From Patescibacteria group bacterium (lineage in GTDB: Bacteria; Patescibacteriota; Patescibacteriia; Veblenbacterales; UBA10138): a DNA stretch of 64,000 nucleotides. Location of the stretch: assembly GCA_041648575.1 (NCBI GenBank), contig JBAZOT010000002.1, positions 34,038 through 98,037 of the forward strand, in the 5' to 3' direction. Both the position numbers and the translations under genes were made by a program. Position 1 is the stretch's first letter; every line of letters starts with the position of its first letter. The notes beneath the pieces were generated by a model that saw only the letters and a program-made list of their open reading frames with translations, had not been told where the DNA came from and searched no databases. Of this stretch, positions 29,606 to 38,844 are shown one piece after another.

Positions 29606-30298
29606 ATGATTGAATGCAAAAATATCAGCAAGGCATACAATACTGGGATCGTGGAAACTATTGTTTTAAAAAATATCTCCTTAACTATTGATGATGGCGA
29701 ATTCGTAGCAATCATTGGCCCCTCTGGTTCAGGTAAATCAACTTTAATGCATATTATCGGCGCTCTGGATACACCAACCAAAGGCGAGTATTTGTTCGAT
29801 GGTAAAAATGTTTCTGAATTAACTGAAGACGAGTTAGCTGAAATTAGAAATAATAAAATTGGTTTTGTTTTTCAATCATTTAATTTACTTCCCCGCACTA
29901 CTGTTCTTCGCAATGTCACTATTCCCCTAATCTATAGCAACATCGCTAAAGAAGAAAGGGAAACAAGGGTAAAAAAAGCTCTGCTTAGTGTAGGTTTGGA
30001 AGAATCACATTTTCATCATTTATCAAATCAACTATCAGGCGGACAAATGCAAAGAGTGGCTATTGCCAGAGCTTTAGTTAATAATCCTTCGTTAATTTTA
30101 GCTGATGAACCAACGGGTAACTTAGATACCAAAACCGGAGAATTGGTCTTGGCAACCTTTAAAAAATTAAACGAGAAGCAACACCATACTATTATTCTTA
30201 TTACGCATGAACATGATGTAGCTATGCATGCCAAACGCGTTATTCATATACGTGATGGCGAAATTGTAGAGGATATTAAAAACCACAGCATTATCTAA
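29606..30298 (+). CDS. ABC transporter ATP-binding protein (MacB/LolD type)
   Basis: GPSGSGKST, LSGGQMQRVAIARAL, ADEPTGNLD. Confidence 0.95.
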   Translation: MIECKNISKAYNTGIVETIVLKNISLTIDDGEFVAIIGPSGSGKSTLMHIIGALDTPTKGEYLFDGKNVSELTEDELAEIRNNKIGFVFQSFNLLPRTTVLRNVTIPLIYSNIAKEERETRVKKALLSVGLEESHFHHLSNQLSGGQMQRVAIARALVNNPSLILADEPTGNLDTKTGELVLATFKKLNEKQHHTIILITHEHDVAMHAKRVIHIRDGEIVEDIKNHSII

Positions 30299-30307
30299 TA
30301 ATGATTT

Positions 30308-31531
30308 ATGAAAACTGCAGATTTATTTGAAGAAACATTTATTGCCCTACTAACTAATAAAGCACGATCAGGATTAACTATTTTAGGTATAGTTATCGGC
30401 ATTAGTTCGGTAATTGCCATGGTAGCGGTGGGTCAGGGTGCTACTGGTTCTATAGAATCAAATATACAGTCGCTGGGTTCTAACTTAATAACTATTAGAC
30501 CAGGTTTTCAACGAGGAGCAGGATATCAGGTAAGTTCTGGTCGGGGCTCAGCCCAATCATTAACTTTGGAAGATGCTAACGCTATTCAACAAGAAATATT
30601 TTTAGTCAAAGCAGTGGCCCCTGAAGTTTCCGGACGATATCAAATTACTGCCAAAGGAACTAACACCAATACTACAGTTACTGGCACCACGGAAAGTTAT
30701 CTGGATATTAGAAATATACAAATTGACCAAGGTGATTTTATCACTGAACAAAATATTAAAAGTGTAAACAAAGTAGCGGTTTTAGGATCAACAACTAGAG
30801 ATGATTTGTTTGGAGAAAATACTGAAGTGGTTGGCCAAACTATCAGAATTAAAGGAATTGAATTTAAAGTAGTAGGAGTAACTGCAACTAAAGGCGGTAC
30901 GGGTTTTGGTAGCCAAGATGACATGGTTTATATTCCTCTTTCCTCTGCTCAACGCTTTTTATCTGGCAGTCAATATTTAAATACCCTTAATGTACAGGCG
31001 GTGGATCAAAATTCCATGACTTTAGCTCAGGAACAAATTACCTCTTTATTACTAGCCCGTCATAATATTACCGACCCACAAAACGCCGATTTTAGTATTA
31101 TGAACCAAGCTGACTTGGCTTCTAGCGCCTCTTCTATTACCCAAACCCTAACTATGTTGCTGGCTGCTATTGCTGGTATCTCTTTAATAGTTGGCGGCAT
31201 CGGCATCATGAATATGATGTTAACTACGGTAACGGAAAGAACCAAAGAAATTGGCTTACGCAAAGCAATCGGCGCCAAAAAAGCAGACATCAACAAACAA
31301 TTTTTAACCGAAGCCATCACCTTAACTTTTACTGGCGGCGTAGTTGGTATAATTTTGGGCTGGTTAATTTCTTTGGTCATACAAAATCTGGCAGGTATAG
31401 CCACCACGGTATCACTACAATCAATTTTATTGGCTTTTGGTGTGGCAACTGTCATTGGTGTAGTGTTTGGTTATTACCCCGCCCGTCGCGCCGCCAACCT
31501 TAACCCGATTGAAGCTTTACGTTACGAATAA
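30308..31531 (+). CDS. ABC transporter permease (MacB/FtsX type)
   Basis: LTILGIVIGI, VGGIGIMNMM, ERTKEIGLRKAIGA, NPIEALRYE. Confidence 0.95.
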   Translation: MKTADLFEETFIALLTNKARSGLTILGIVIGISSVIAMVAVGQGATGSIESNIQSLGSNLITIRPGFQRGAGYQVSSGRGSAQSLTLEDANAIQQEIFLVKAVAPEVSGRYQITAKGTNTNTTVTGTTESYLDIRNIQIDQGDFITEQNIKSVNKVAVLGSTTRDDLFGENTEVVGQTIRIKGIEFKVVGVTATKGGTGFGSQDDMVYIPLSSAQRFLSGSQYLNTLNVQAVDQNSMTLAQEQITSLLLARHNITDPQNADFSIMNQADLASSASSITQTLTMLLAAIAGISLIVGGIGIMNMMLTTVTERTKEIGLRKAIGAKKADINKQFLTEAITLTFTGGVVGIILGWLISLVIQNLAGIATTVSLQSILLAFGVATVIGVVFGYYPARRAANLNPIEALRYE

Positions 31532-31562
31532 TTCACAATTAATAATTAACTAAGATAAACTT

Positions 31563-32024
31563 ATGAAAAAATTATTGCCGATAATAATCTCAGTAATCAT
31601 AGCAGCTGGAGGAGGTTCTTTTTATGGTGGTATGCAATATGCCAACAGTAAAAATAATTCTAATCCAAATTTTAACAATCTTTCAGCTGAACAAAGACAG
31701 CAACGAATGCAACAATTCGGTACCGATAGGCAAACAAATGGACAGGGTGGAGCTGGTTTTATCGCTGGTGAAATTTTAAGCAAGGATGATAAAAGTCTAA
31801 CCATTAAATTAAGAGATGGAGGCTCAAAAATCGTTTTCTTTTCTGCCAGTACAGAAATTACAAAATCAGCTACAGGTACTATGGATGATTTAAAAATAGG
31901 AGATAATATAACAACCAATGGACAAACTAATTCCGATGGTAGTATAACCGCTCAATCTATTAGTTTAAAAAATCTTGATTTACAGTTTCCATCACCAAAT
32001 ACTAACACTCCCCCTAACCAATAA
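31563..32024 (+). CDS. DUF5666-like exported protein
   Basis: GEILSKDDKSLTIKL, DLKIGDNI...DGSITAQSI. Confidence 0.6.
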   Translation: MKKLLPIIISVIIAAGGGSFYGGMQYANSKNNSNPNFNNLSAEQRQQRMQQFGTDRQTNGQGGAGFIAGEILSKDDKSLTIKLRDGGSKIVFFSASTEITKSATGTMDDLKIGDNITTNGQTNSDGSITAQSISLKNLDLQFPSPNTNTPPNQ

Positions 32025-32055
32025 TTTTGGTTAGCAACAATTAATATTATGTAGC

Positions 32056-32087
32056 AAAACAGGGCTAATAACCCTGTTTTGTTTTAA
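32056..32087 (+). terminator. Intrinsic terminator, direct repeat of 25863-25894
   Basis: aaaacagggctaataaccctgttttgttttaa, 30/32 identical. Confidence 0.7.
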
Positions 32088-32142
32088 TGTTACTAAATAT
32101 GACCAGTTGCCCAACCAATGCATTGCCTGATAATATAAAGTT

Positions 32143-33819
32143 ATGAAACTTGGTTATTCATCAGCCATTACTTTGGCACTCACCACTGCAGTAATTTCTG
32201 GCACTGCAAATTTTTTAAATAAACTAGCAGTTACGGCAGTTACCAATCCAACGATTTTTACTTTTATTAAAAATGGCTTGGTGGCTATTCTGCTAATAGG
32301 AATAATCCTAGCGTTTAAAAAATGGCCCGAATTAAAACAATTAACCAGGAGAGATTGGTTAAAATTGATATTGATCGGTGTTGTGGGCGGTAGTTTGCCA
32401 TTTATTTTATTTTTTAAAGGTTTAAGTTTAACCTCTGCTTTGAATGCTGCGTTAATTCACAAAACATTATTTGTTTGGGTGGCATTTTTAGCCATACCAC
32501 TACTTAAAGAAAAAATAAGCTGGATTCAAGGTGCGGCGCTAGTGTTGCTGATCGCTGGAAATTTTGTTTTGGGCGGCTGGCAAAACTTTACTTTTGGTCA
32601 CGGCGAAATAATGATTTTTATTGCTACTTTGTTATGGGCAATGGAAACTATTATTGCCAAAAAAACACTTCAACATGTATCCAGCTTAGTTACTGCTAGC
32701 TCTCGTATGGTATTTGGCTCAATAATTTTGCTGGTTGTGGTAAGTTGGCAATACCAGCTGCCGGCGTTAACAAATTTAACCCCTGCTCAATGGGGGTGGC
32801 TGATATTACCAAGCTTACTGCTTTTAGGTTATGTGCTTTCTTGGTACAGCGCGCTAAAACAGGCGTCGGCTATTTTAGTAACCAGTTTATTAGTGCCAGC
32901 CACAATTGTTACTAATCTGCTATCAGCAGTTTTTATAACACATTCATTAGCAGCAAAAGAAATTTTAAGTGCCACACTATTAGTTGCTGGAATTACCCTA
33001 TTTATTATCGCTATTAAAAAAATAAAACCAGATAACTATCAGCCAGCTATTAGCAACTCTACTATAGCCACGCCTAAAATCGGCTTGATGGACGGTATAC
33101 TGCGTTGCAGCCGCTATGCTTTTGGGCCCAATCGCCTTCATTATTGCGGTCCAGATGCAAATTCAGAAATTGCCTCTTACATCAAAGAAGGAATCAGCGA
33201 TCCGGGGCTTGAACATTTGCTTAAACAATTCAAAACTATGTATCCATATTTAAACCACATTGCCGAAGCTAATAAAATTGCCAACCCGTTTGACGAGCGC
33301 GTAGTAGAGGCATATTGGATTGGCAATGAACTATTAGAAACTATTGAAAAAAAGAAGTTTTATCGCCACTTAATCGAGGATCAACAAATCAAAAAACGTG
33401 TTGGCGCCAAAGAATTTGAACTGGTTAGTAATAAATTAAAACAAGGGGCAGTGCCGCATCACTCTTTCCATGTTTTGGATATTTGGCTGCGAACTGGAAA
33501 TTTGGAACGTGAACACACTTTAGAAAGTATGGACGAATGCCGAGTTAGTTGGGGAAGAGTAACAGCTATTGATGGGCCAAATATTAATGTGCTAACCAGA
33601 CCGCTACTTTATGCACAAAAAAAATTGTTTCTGGGCGACCCAACAAACAAAAAAATAACACGCCGACTAGAATCAACTTATGATATTGAGCAATTAGCAG
33701 TGGGCGATATTGTGTCTATTCACTGGAGCGTTCCTTGTGAAGTCATCACCCAGCAACAAGCGGGTCAGCTTGAAAAATACACCCTACAGCATATTACCTT
33801 TGCTAATCAAACTATTTAA
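32143..33819 (+). CDS. EamA/DMT transporter fused to a DUF6390-like soluble domain
   Basis: About 10 TM helices in the first ~290 aa, then MDGILRCSRYAFGPNRLHYCGP...VVEAYWIGN...PHHSFHV...VGDIVSIHW. Confidence 0.7.
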   Translation: MKLGYSSAITLALTTAVISGTANFLNKLAVTAVTNPTIFTFIKNGLVAILLIGIILAFKKWPELKQLTRRDWLKLILIGVVGGSLPFILFFKGLSLTSALNAALIHKTLFVWVAFLAIPLLKEKISWIQGAALVLLIAGNFVLGGWQNFTFGHGEIMIFIATLLWAMETIIAKKTLQHVSSLVTASSRMVFGSIILLVVVSWQYQLPALTNLTPAQWGWLILPSLLLLGYVLSWYSALKQASAILVTSLLVPATIVTNLLSAVFITHSLAAKEILSATLLVAGITLFIIAIKKIKPDNYQPAISNSTIATPKIGLMDGILRCSRYAFGPNRLHYCGPDANSEIASYIKEGISDPGLEHLLKQFKTMYPYLNHIAEANKIANPFDERVVEAYWIGNELLETIEKKKFYRHLIEDQQIKKRVGAKEFELVSNKLKQGAVPHHSFHVLDIWLRTGNLEREHTLESMDECRVSWGRVTAIDGPNINVLTRPLLYAQKKLFLGDPTNKKITRRLESTYDIEQLAVGDIVSIHWSVPCEVITQQQAGQLEKYTLQHITFANQTI

Positions 33820-33824
33820 ATACT

Positions 33825-34202
33825 ATGGAAGTTTGGGTATTTGGCAATCCAGATTTGGCCCAAGATGCTTTACCAATTAAATTATTGCCTGAATTAAAAA
33901 AACAATTTCCTAAAATAACTTTCGTGGTAAAAGATCCTAATGAGGAGTGGCTGTTACCAAAAAAACTTTATATTATAGATACAGTTCAGGACCTGAATCA
34001 GGTCAAAGTATTTACTTCTTTAGATTATTTTACCAAACAGCCAGCTATTACTATGCATGATTTTGATTTGGGAACGCAATTACAATTTTTAAAAAAACTA
34101 GAACAGTTGCCGCCCTTGGTAATTTTTGGTATTCCCATGAATATCTCGACAGCTGATGTGCTGCGTGAGCTGCTACCTAAGTTGCGTCAATATTTAGTTT
34201 AA
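33825..34202 (+). CDS. Hydrogenase maturation protease-like protein
   Basis: VFGNPDLAQD, IIDTV, TMHD motifs resemble HycI/HyaD; adjacent to the hydrogenase. Confidence 0.65.
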   Translation: MEVWVFGNPDLAQDALPIKLLPELKKQFPKITFVVKDPNEEWLLPKKLYIIDTVQDLNQVKVFTSLDYFTKQPAITMHDFDLGTQLQFLKKLEQLPPLVIFGIPMNISTADVLRELLPKLRQYLV

Positions 34203-35475
34203 GAAAATGTGATGCACAGCTCATGCACGGATCATAAGCTCTAATTAATTTTTCTAATTCTTGCTGCAATTCGTCAGCTGATGGATTGGTAGGTAACAAT
34301 TCTTCCACTAATCTGGCCATGTCTTGCTCAATATTAATTTGGTTCTGGCCAGTAGGCACCACGATTTCACCTTCGGTTACTACACCTTGTTTATCTATTA
34401 TCACTTTGTGATACAAAGTACCGCGTGGCGCTTCAATCACACCAATCCCCACCCCTTCAATCTGCGTTGGAGGTACTGGTTGTTCTTGATTAAACGAGTA
34501 ATTTTCAAGAATTTCTACAGAGTGGTCAAGGCAATGCAAAATTTCAATAGCTTGAGCTAAATTATTATCAAAAATATTAGTAGAAGGAAAACGTTTTAAC
34601 ACCTCTGTTAAACTTGCTTTAGTCTTAGTGTGTAAACTGTCTTTAGCTAAATTTATACGCGCCAAGGCACCTACCATATAAGTTTCTCCAGAAAAAGTAT
34701 AACCCGAAGCTTGAGAATAAGGTATTACTTTATGCTGCAGATGATTATGAAAATCCGCTTCCTCGATACTGTCGCCTTTGTCGCTGATTATTTTTCCTTC
34801 CAAATAACTAAAAGGGTTGGCGACCAAAGCCATAAAATGCGTTTGACGGTCAAAAGAAAATTTACAGTTAGCAAATCGCTCAACTGTGCGCAAAACCGCT
34901 GATCGTGCAGCTGTTAATTTTTTTATAGCTTGCTTTATTTCTTCGGCTGTAGGAATTTTTAGCCAACCGCCAATAGCGGGATTAACGGCGTGGACACTGC
35001 GTCCGGCAATAATTATAGAAAGATAATTGCCAGCGGCTTTGATTTCAAAAGCATCATGCAATATTTGATGTTGTTCTGGATCGTTTTCATCTAATGACAG
35101 AAAAGAATCTTTACCATACATATCAGGCATGACAAATAAATACAAATGCAAAGCATGATCGCGAATATTCAAGCCGTACATGGTTAATTTTTTCATTAAT
35201 TGGGTTTGCTGCGACGGCTTAATTCCCAATGCATGCTCGCAAGCTTCAATACTGCATAACAAATGAGCATTAGAACAAGTACCACAAATGCGCGCCAATA
35301 AAGCCGGCAAAGTTTTATACGGTTTGCCGCGCATGGCCTGAGTATAAAAACGCTTGTATTCAGTAATACCAAAACGGCAATGTTCTATTTTTCCCTTGGT
35401 TATTTTAATATCCAAAACAGCCGAGCCTTCTACTTTGGTTAATTCTTTGTTTAAAGTAAGATCAACCTGGTGCAT
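34177..35475 (-). CDS. [NiFe]-hydrogenase large subunit (group 3b-related)
   Basis: KVEG, L1 RICGTCSNAH, EAPRGTLYH, L2 DPCMSCASH plus 9-aa tail; ATG at 35475 follows the small-subunit stop. Confidence 0.88.
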   Translation of the reverse strand: MHQVDLTLNKELTKVEGSAVLDIKITKGKIEHCRFGITEYKRFYTQAMRGKPYKTLPALLARICGTCSNAHLLCSIEACEHALGIKPSQQTQLMKKLTMYGLNIRDHALHLYLFVMPDMYGKDSFLSLDENDPEQHQILHDAFEIKAAGNYLSIIIAGRSVHAVNPAIGGWLKIPTAEEIKQAIKKLTAARSAVLRTVERFANCKFSFDRQTHFMALVANPFSYLEGKIISDKGDSIEEADFHNHLQHKVIPYSQASGYTFSGETYMVGALARINLAKDSLHTKTKASLTEVLKRFPSTNIFDNNLAQAIEILHCLDHSVEILENYSFNQEQPVPPTQIEGVGIGVIEAPRGTLYHKVIIDKQGVVTEGEIVVPTGQNQINIEQDMARLVEELLPTNPSADELQQELEKLIRAYDPCMSCASHFLKLNIDAT

Positions 35476-35476
35476 A

Positions 35477-35992
35477 TCACTCGGTAACAATATTAAATTC
35501 TTTAAGCATTTGATTTAAAACTTGTAAAAATTTTTTCTCGTCCATAGGACAACCGGGCACTTGGGCATCAACTGTTATAACATCAGATAATTTTTGAACA
35601 TGATCCATATAGGAAAAACGAGATAAAATATGCTCAATTTCTTCTAAACGTTCTGGGTCAAATTTATTGCGCTGAGCCGAGGGCAGACCCATTACCGCGC
35701 AGGCACCGATGGCTACAATTTTTTTTGATTTTCTTCTAATCTCTTTGATTTTTTCCACGTGTTCAGGCGAAGCCAACGCACCTTCTACAAAAGCTACATC
35801 TAATTCATCAAGTACATTTTTAGACTGCAGCACGCGAGCATAGCGAATATCCAACAATTTTTTCCATTCTTGCCAATGATCGTTTAACAACTCAGTAAAC
35901 AAAACAGTGCTATCTTCGCAACAGCTAAAAGTAAACCAGCCAATGCGTAGCTTCTTAGTTGTTATTTTGCCCGTTGATATTTTATCTGACAT
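35477..35992 (-). CDS. [NiFe]-hydrogenase small subunit, proximal-cluster domain only
   Basis: FSCCEDS, FVEGA, IGACA, VPGCP; 171 aa. Confidence 0.82.
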   Translation of the reverse strand: MSDKISTGKITTKKLRIGWFTFSCCEDSTVLFTELLNDHWQEWKKLLDIRYARVLQSKNVLDELDVAFVEGALASPEHVEKIKEIRRKSKKIVAIGACAVMGLPSAQRNKFDPERLEEIEHILSRFSYMDHVQKLSDVITVDAQVPGCPMDEKKFLQVLNQMLKEFNIVTE

Positions 35993-36120
35993 AAAAACTA
36001 TAAACTAATTATATCAAATAGCTGGGCAGTTAAAAAGGTTGACAAAAAGATTGAACAATTATAAGCTAGCAACAAAGTGAAAAACAAATAACAATCCATT
36101 CAATCAAAATAGGAGTCATT

Positions 36121-36357
36121 ATGAAAAATATTGATCTGAAAATTGAAATTACCATTACGGATGATTCTGGTTTGTCTGAAAACGCAAGCAAGGTGAATAG
36201 GCATATTAGGGAATTAATCAAAAAAGAAATTATATTTCCAGGACCACAATTACCACCTACCTACACCGTGACTATTAAAAATGGTGATGACAGAGACATC
36301 CTACTTCTTATAGAAGCGGGATATCAGGTTAATAAAGTACATAACGTCGTTGTTTAA
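36121..36357 (+). CDS. Small hypothetical protein
   Basis: TTGACA promoter at 36039, AGGAG RBS, downstream hairpin 36376-36405. Confidence 0.55.
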   Translation: MKNIDLKIEITITDDSGLSENASKVNRHIRELIKKEIIFPGPQLPPTYTVTIKNGDDRDILLLIEAGYQVNKVHNVVV

Positions 36358-36407
36358 AAATACAATGCGTTATTAACACCGCTACGCGAAATAATGTAGC
36401 GGTGTCT

Positions 36408-36863
36408 TTATTTTCCAAAAATATTCTGCGCCCAATTATTCCAAGTTTCCCCCTGGTCATCTTGCTGTTTTTGCCAAAGCTGCCAAAACTCGCTGGGTTT
36501 AATTATTTTTATTTGCTGAAAATTTTCCAAATCTAACAAATGCTTATCTTCAGTAATTAAATAATCAGCTCTACCACCTACTGCCGCTGCTAATAATTTA
36601 AGATCTTGCTCATCTTCTAAATGTATATTAACCACAGCCGGCCGAATTTCTTGACAGTTATCTAAAAATAAACCAAGATCACGCTTTAAAGATTCATCTT
36701 TAACCAACCTATTAACTATTAACAAATTTTCCCGCTTTACTTGATCTGATATTACTGCTTTAATTTTCTGTTGTAGAACCAGATCCAAAATGCGACGCCC
36801 AAAACTACCCGCGCCCCGCTCGGCAGTTATTAAAACATTAGTATCTAAAACTACTTTAATCAT
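36408..36863 (-). CDS. PIN-domain protein
   Basis: VVLDTNVLI, ADYLITEDKHLL. Confidence 0.85.
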   Translation of the reverse strand: MIKVVLDTNVLITAERGAGSFGRRILDLVLQQKIKAVISDQVKRENLLIVNRLVKDESLKRDLGLFLDNCQEIRPAVVNIHLEDEQDLKLLAAAVGGRADYLITEDKHLLDLENFQQIKIIKPSEFWQLWQKQQDDQGETWNNWAQNIFGK

Positions 36864-37016
36864 ACCTTAAATCTTAACATAGCTAGACTGAATTTAAAAA
36901 ATATTGTAAAGTGTAATGAGTTTACAGAATCTTGAATCAAGAATCATAAATAATGATATATTAATATTTACTTATTGATTCTTAGTTCATTATTTATTAT
37001 TCATAATTTTAACAAC

Positions 37017-38078
37017 ATGTCCTTTCAAGTGGGAATTGTTGGTTTACCCAATGTGGGAAAATCAACCTTATTCAAAGCCTTAACTAGAAAATCAGTACTG
37101 ATTGAAAATTATCCTTTTGCCACTATTGACCCTAATGTGGGGGTAGTGGAAGTTCCAGATGAACGTTTGGCAAAATTAACCAATATTTCTAAATCGGAAA
37201 AAACTGTTCCAACCACTATTGAATTTGTAGATATTGCCGGCTTGGTTAAAAATGCTCACCAGGGCGAGGGTTTGGGTAATCAATTTTTAGCCAACATCCG
37301 CGAGGTGGATGCTATTGTTCAAGTAGTTAGAAATTTTAAAGACCCTAATATTATCCATGTCTCGGGAACGGTTAATCCCCAATCTGATGCTGAAGTAGTA
37401 AATGTGGAATTGGCCATGGCAGATTTATCTACTGTGGAAAAACGGCTGCAGGCCTTAAAACCCAAACTTAAAACTGGACAGGATAAAGAAATAATAAAAC
37501 AAATTGAAATCTTGAAAAAACTGCAACCACAATTGAATAGCGGCTTACCAGCGCGTCTGATTAAATTTGCTGATGACGAACAGCAATTTTTAAAAGAACT
37601 GCAACTATTAACTGCCAAACCATTGCTATATGTAATTAATACTGACGAAGCTACCCCAAACATTGACACCAATTTAAAACCAAATATTACTATTTCTGCC
37701 AAACTAGAAGCAGAACTGGCTGATCTGACTATTGCTGAAGCTAAAGTTTACCAGCAAGAATTGGGTCTAACTGAAAGTGGATTAGAAAAACTAATCCGCG
37801 CTAGCTATGAGCTGCTTCATTTAATCACTTTTTTTACTTCAGGACCAAAAGAATCCAAAGCTTGGACTGTTCGGGAAAACACAAAAGCACCCCAAGCCGC
37901 TGGAGTGATTCATACTGATTTTGAAAAAGGTTTTATTCGCGCCGAAGTTATTGCGTATACGGATTTTGTTGCTTTAGCAGGTGAAGCTGGCGCACGTGAA
38001 TCAGGAAAAATGCGTTTGGAAGGTAAGGAGTATGTAATTCAAGATGGTGATGTTTGTCACTTTAGGTTTAGTGTGTAA
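37017..38078 (+). CDS. ychF: Redox-regulated ATPase YchF
   Basis: GIVGLPNVGKST, NYPFATIDPN, DIAGLV, EGKEYVIQDGDV; start at MSFQVG. Confidence 0.95.
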   Translation: MSFQVGIVGLPNVGKSTLFKALTRKSVLIENYPFATIDPNVGVVEVPDERLAKLTNISKSEKTVPTTIEFVDIAGLVKNAHQGEGLGNQFLANIREVDAIVQVVRNFKDPNIIHVSGTVNPQSDAEVVNVELAMADLSTVEKRLQALKPKLKTGQDKEIIKQIEILKKLQPQLNSGLPARLIKFADDEQQFLKELQLLTAKPLLYVINTDEATPNIDTNLKPNITISAKLEAELADLTIAEAKVYQQELGLTESGLEKLIRASYELLHLITFFTSGPKESKAWTVRENTKAPQAAGVIHTDFEKGFIRAEVIAYTDFVALAGEAGARESGKMRLEGKEYVIQDGDVCHFRFSV

Positions 38079-38088
38079 AAATAAACTT

Positions 38089-38829
38089 ATGCCTTATCAA
38101 TTGGAAGATTTAAAACAATACTCTAGCTTAATACACGCCTTTTCCACTAAAGAAGATGGCAATATGTCATTTAAATGGGGGGAAGAAAAAGAAGTAGTGG
38201 CTAATCGTAAAAAATTTCTACATGAATTAAAACTTGAACCAACCAAGGGTATAACAACTGAATTAGTGCATGGCGACACAATTTTACGCGTAGGGAAAAA
38301 GCAAACTGGGCAAGGAATATTAAAACCACCAACCTTAAAATCCGACGGTTTAATTACTAATGAGCCAGGTATTTTCCTTTTTCATGTAGTGGCGGATTGT
38401 TTATCACTGCTATTTTATGATCCAGAAAATGAGGCAATTGGATTAGCGCATGCTGGCTGGCAAGGAACCGACCAACAAATTGCCAAAAAAATGGTGGAAA
38501 AATTTATAACAGAATTTAAAACTAAACCAGAAAATTTAGTAATAGGATTAGGGCCTTCGATTCATCGCTGCTGTTATGTTACCACCGAGCCAATAAAAGG
38601 GTCTTGGCAGACTTGGCAACCTTTTTTAACTAAAGGTAAAGATAACGATATTCATAGCAATGTTGTTGGTTTTAATATTTATCAACTTTCAGAGGCTGGA
38701 GTAGAGCATGAAAACATTTTTATCAGCGAATTCTGCACTGCGCATTCAGGAAAATTTTTCTCGCATTACCAAGATGTTCAGGACAAAAAACCCGAAGCGC
38801 GTTTTGCCGCGCTAATCGGGTTAAAGTAG
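38089..38829 (+). CDS. pgeF: PgeF/YfiH-family (laccase-domain) protein
   Basis: VHGD, VADCL, HAGWQG, GPSI, CT...FFSH. Confidence 0.85.
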   Translation: MPYQLEDLKQYSSLIHAFSTKEDGNMSFKWGEEKEVVANRKKFLHELKLEPTKGITTELVHGDTILRVGKKQTGQGILKPPTLKSDGLITNEPGIFLFHVVADCLSLLFYDPENEAIGLAHAGWQGTDQQIAKKMVEKFITEFKTKPENLVIGLGPSIHRCCYVTTEPIKGSWQTWQPFLTKGKDNDIHSNVVGFNIYQLSEAGVEHENIFISEFCTAHSGKFFSHYQDVQDKKPEARFAALIGLK

Positions 38830-38844
38830 TAATAATTTTAACTT

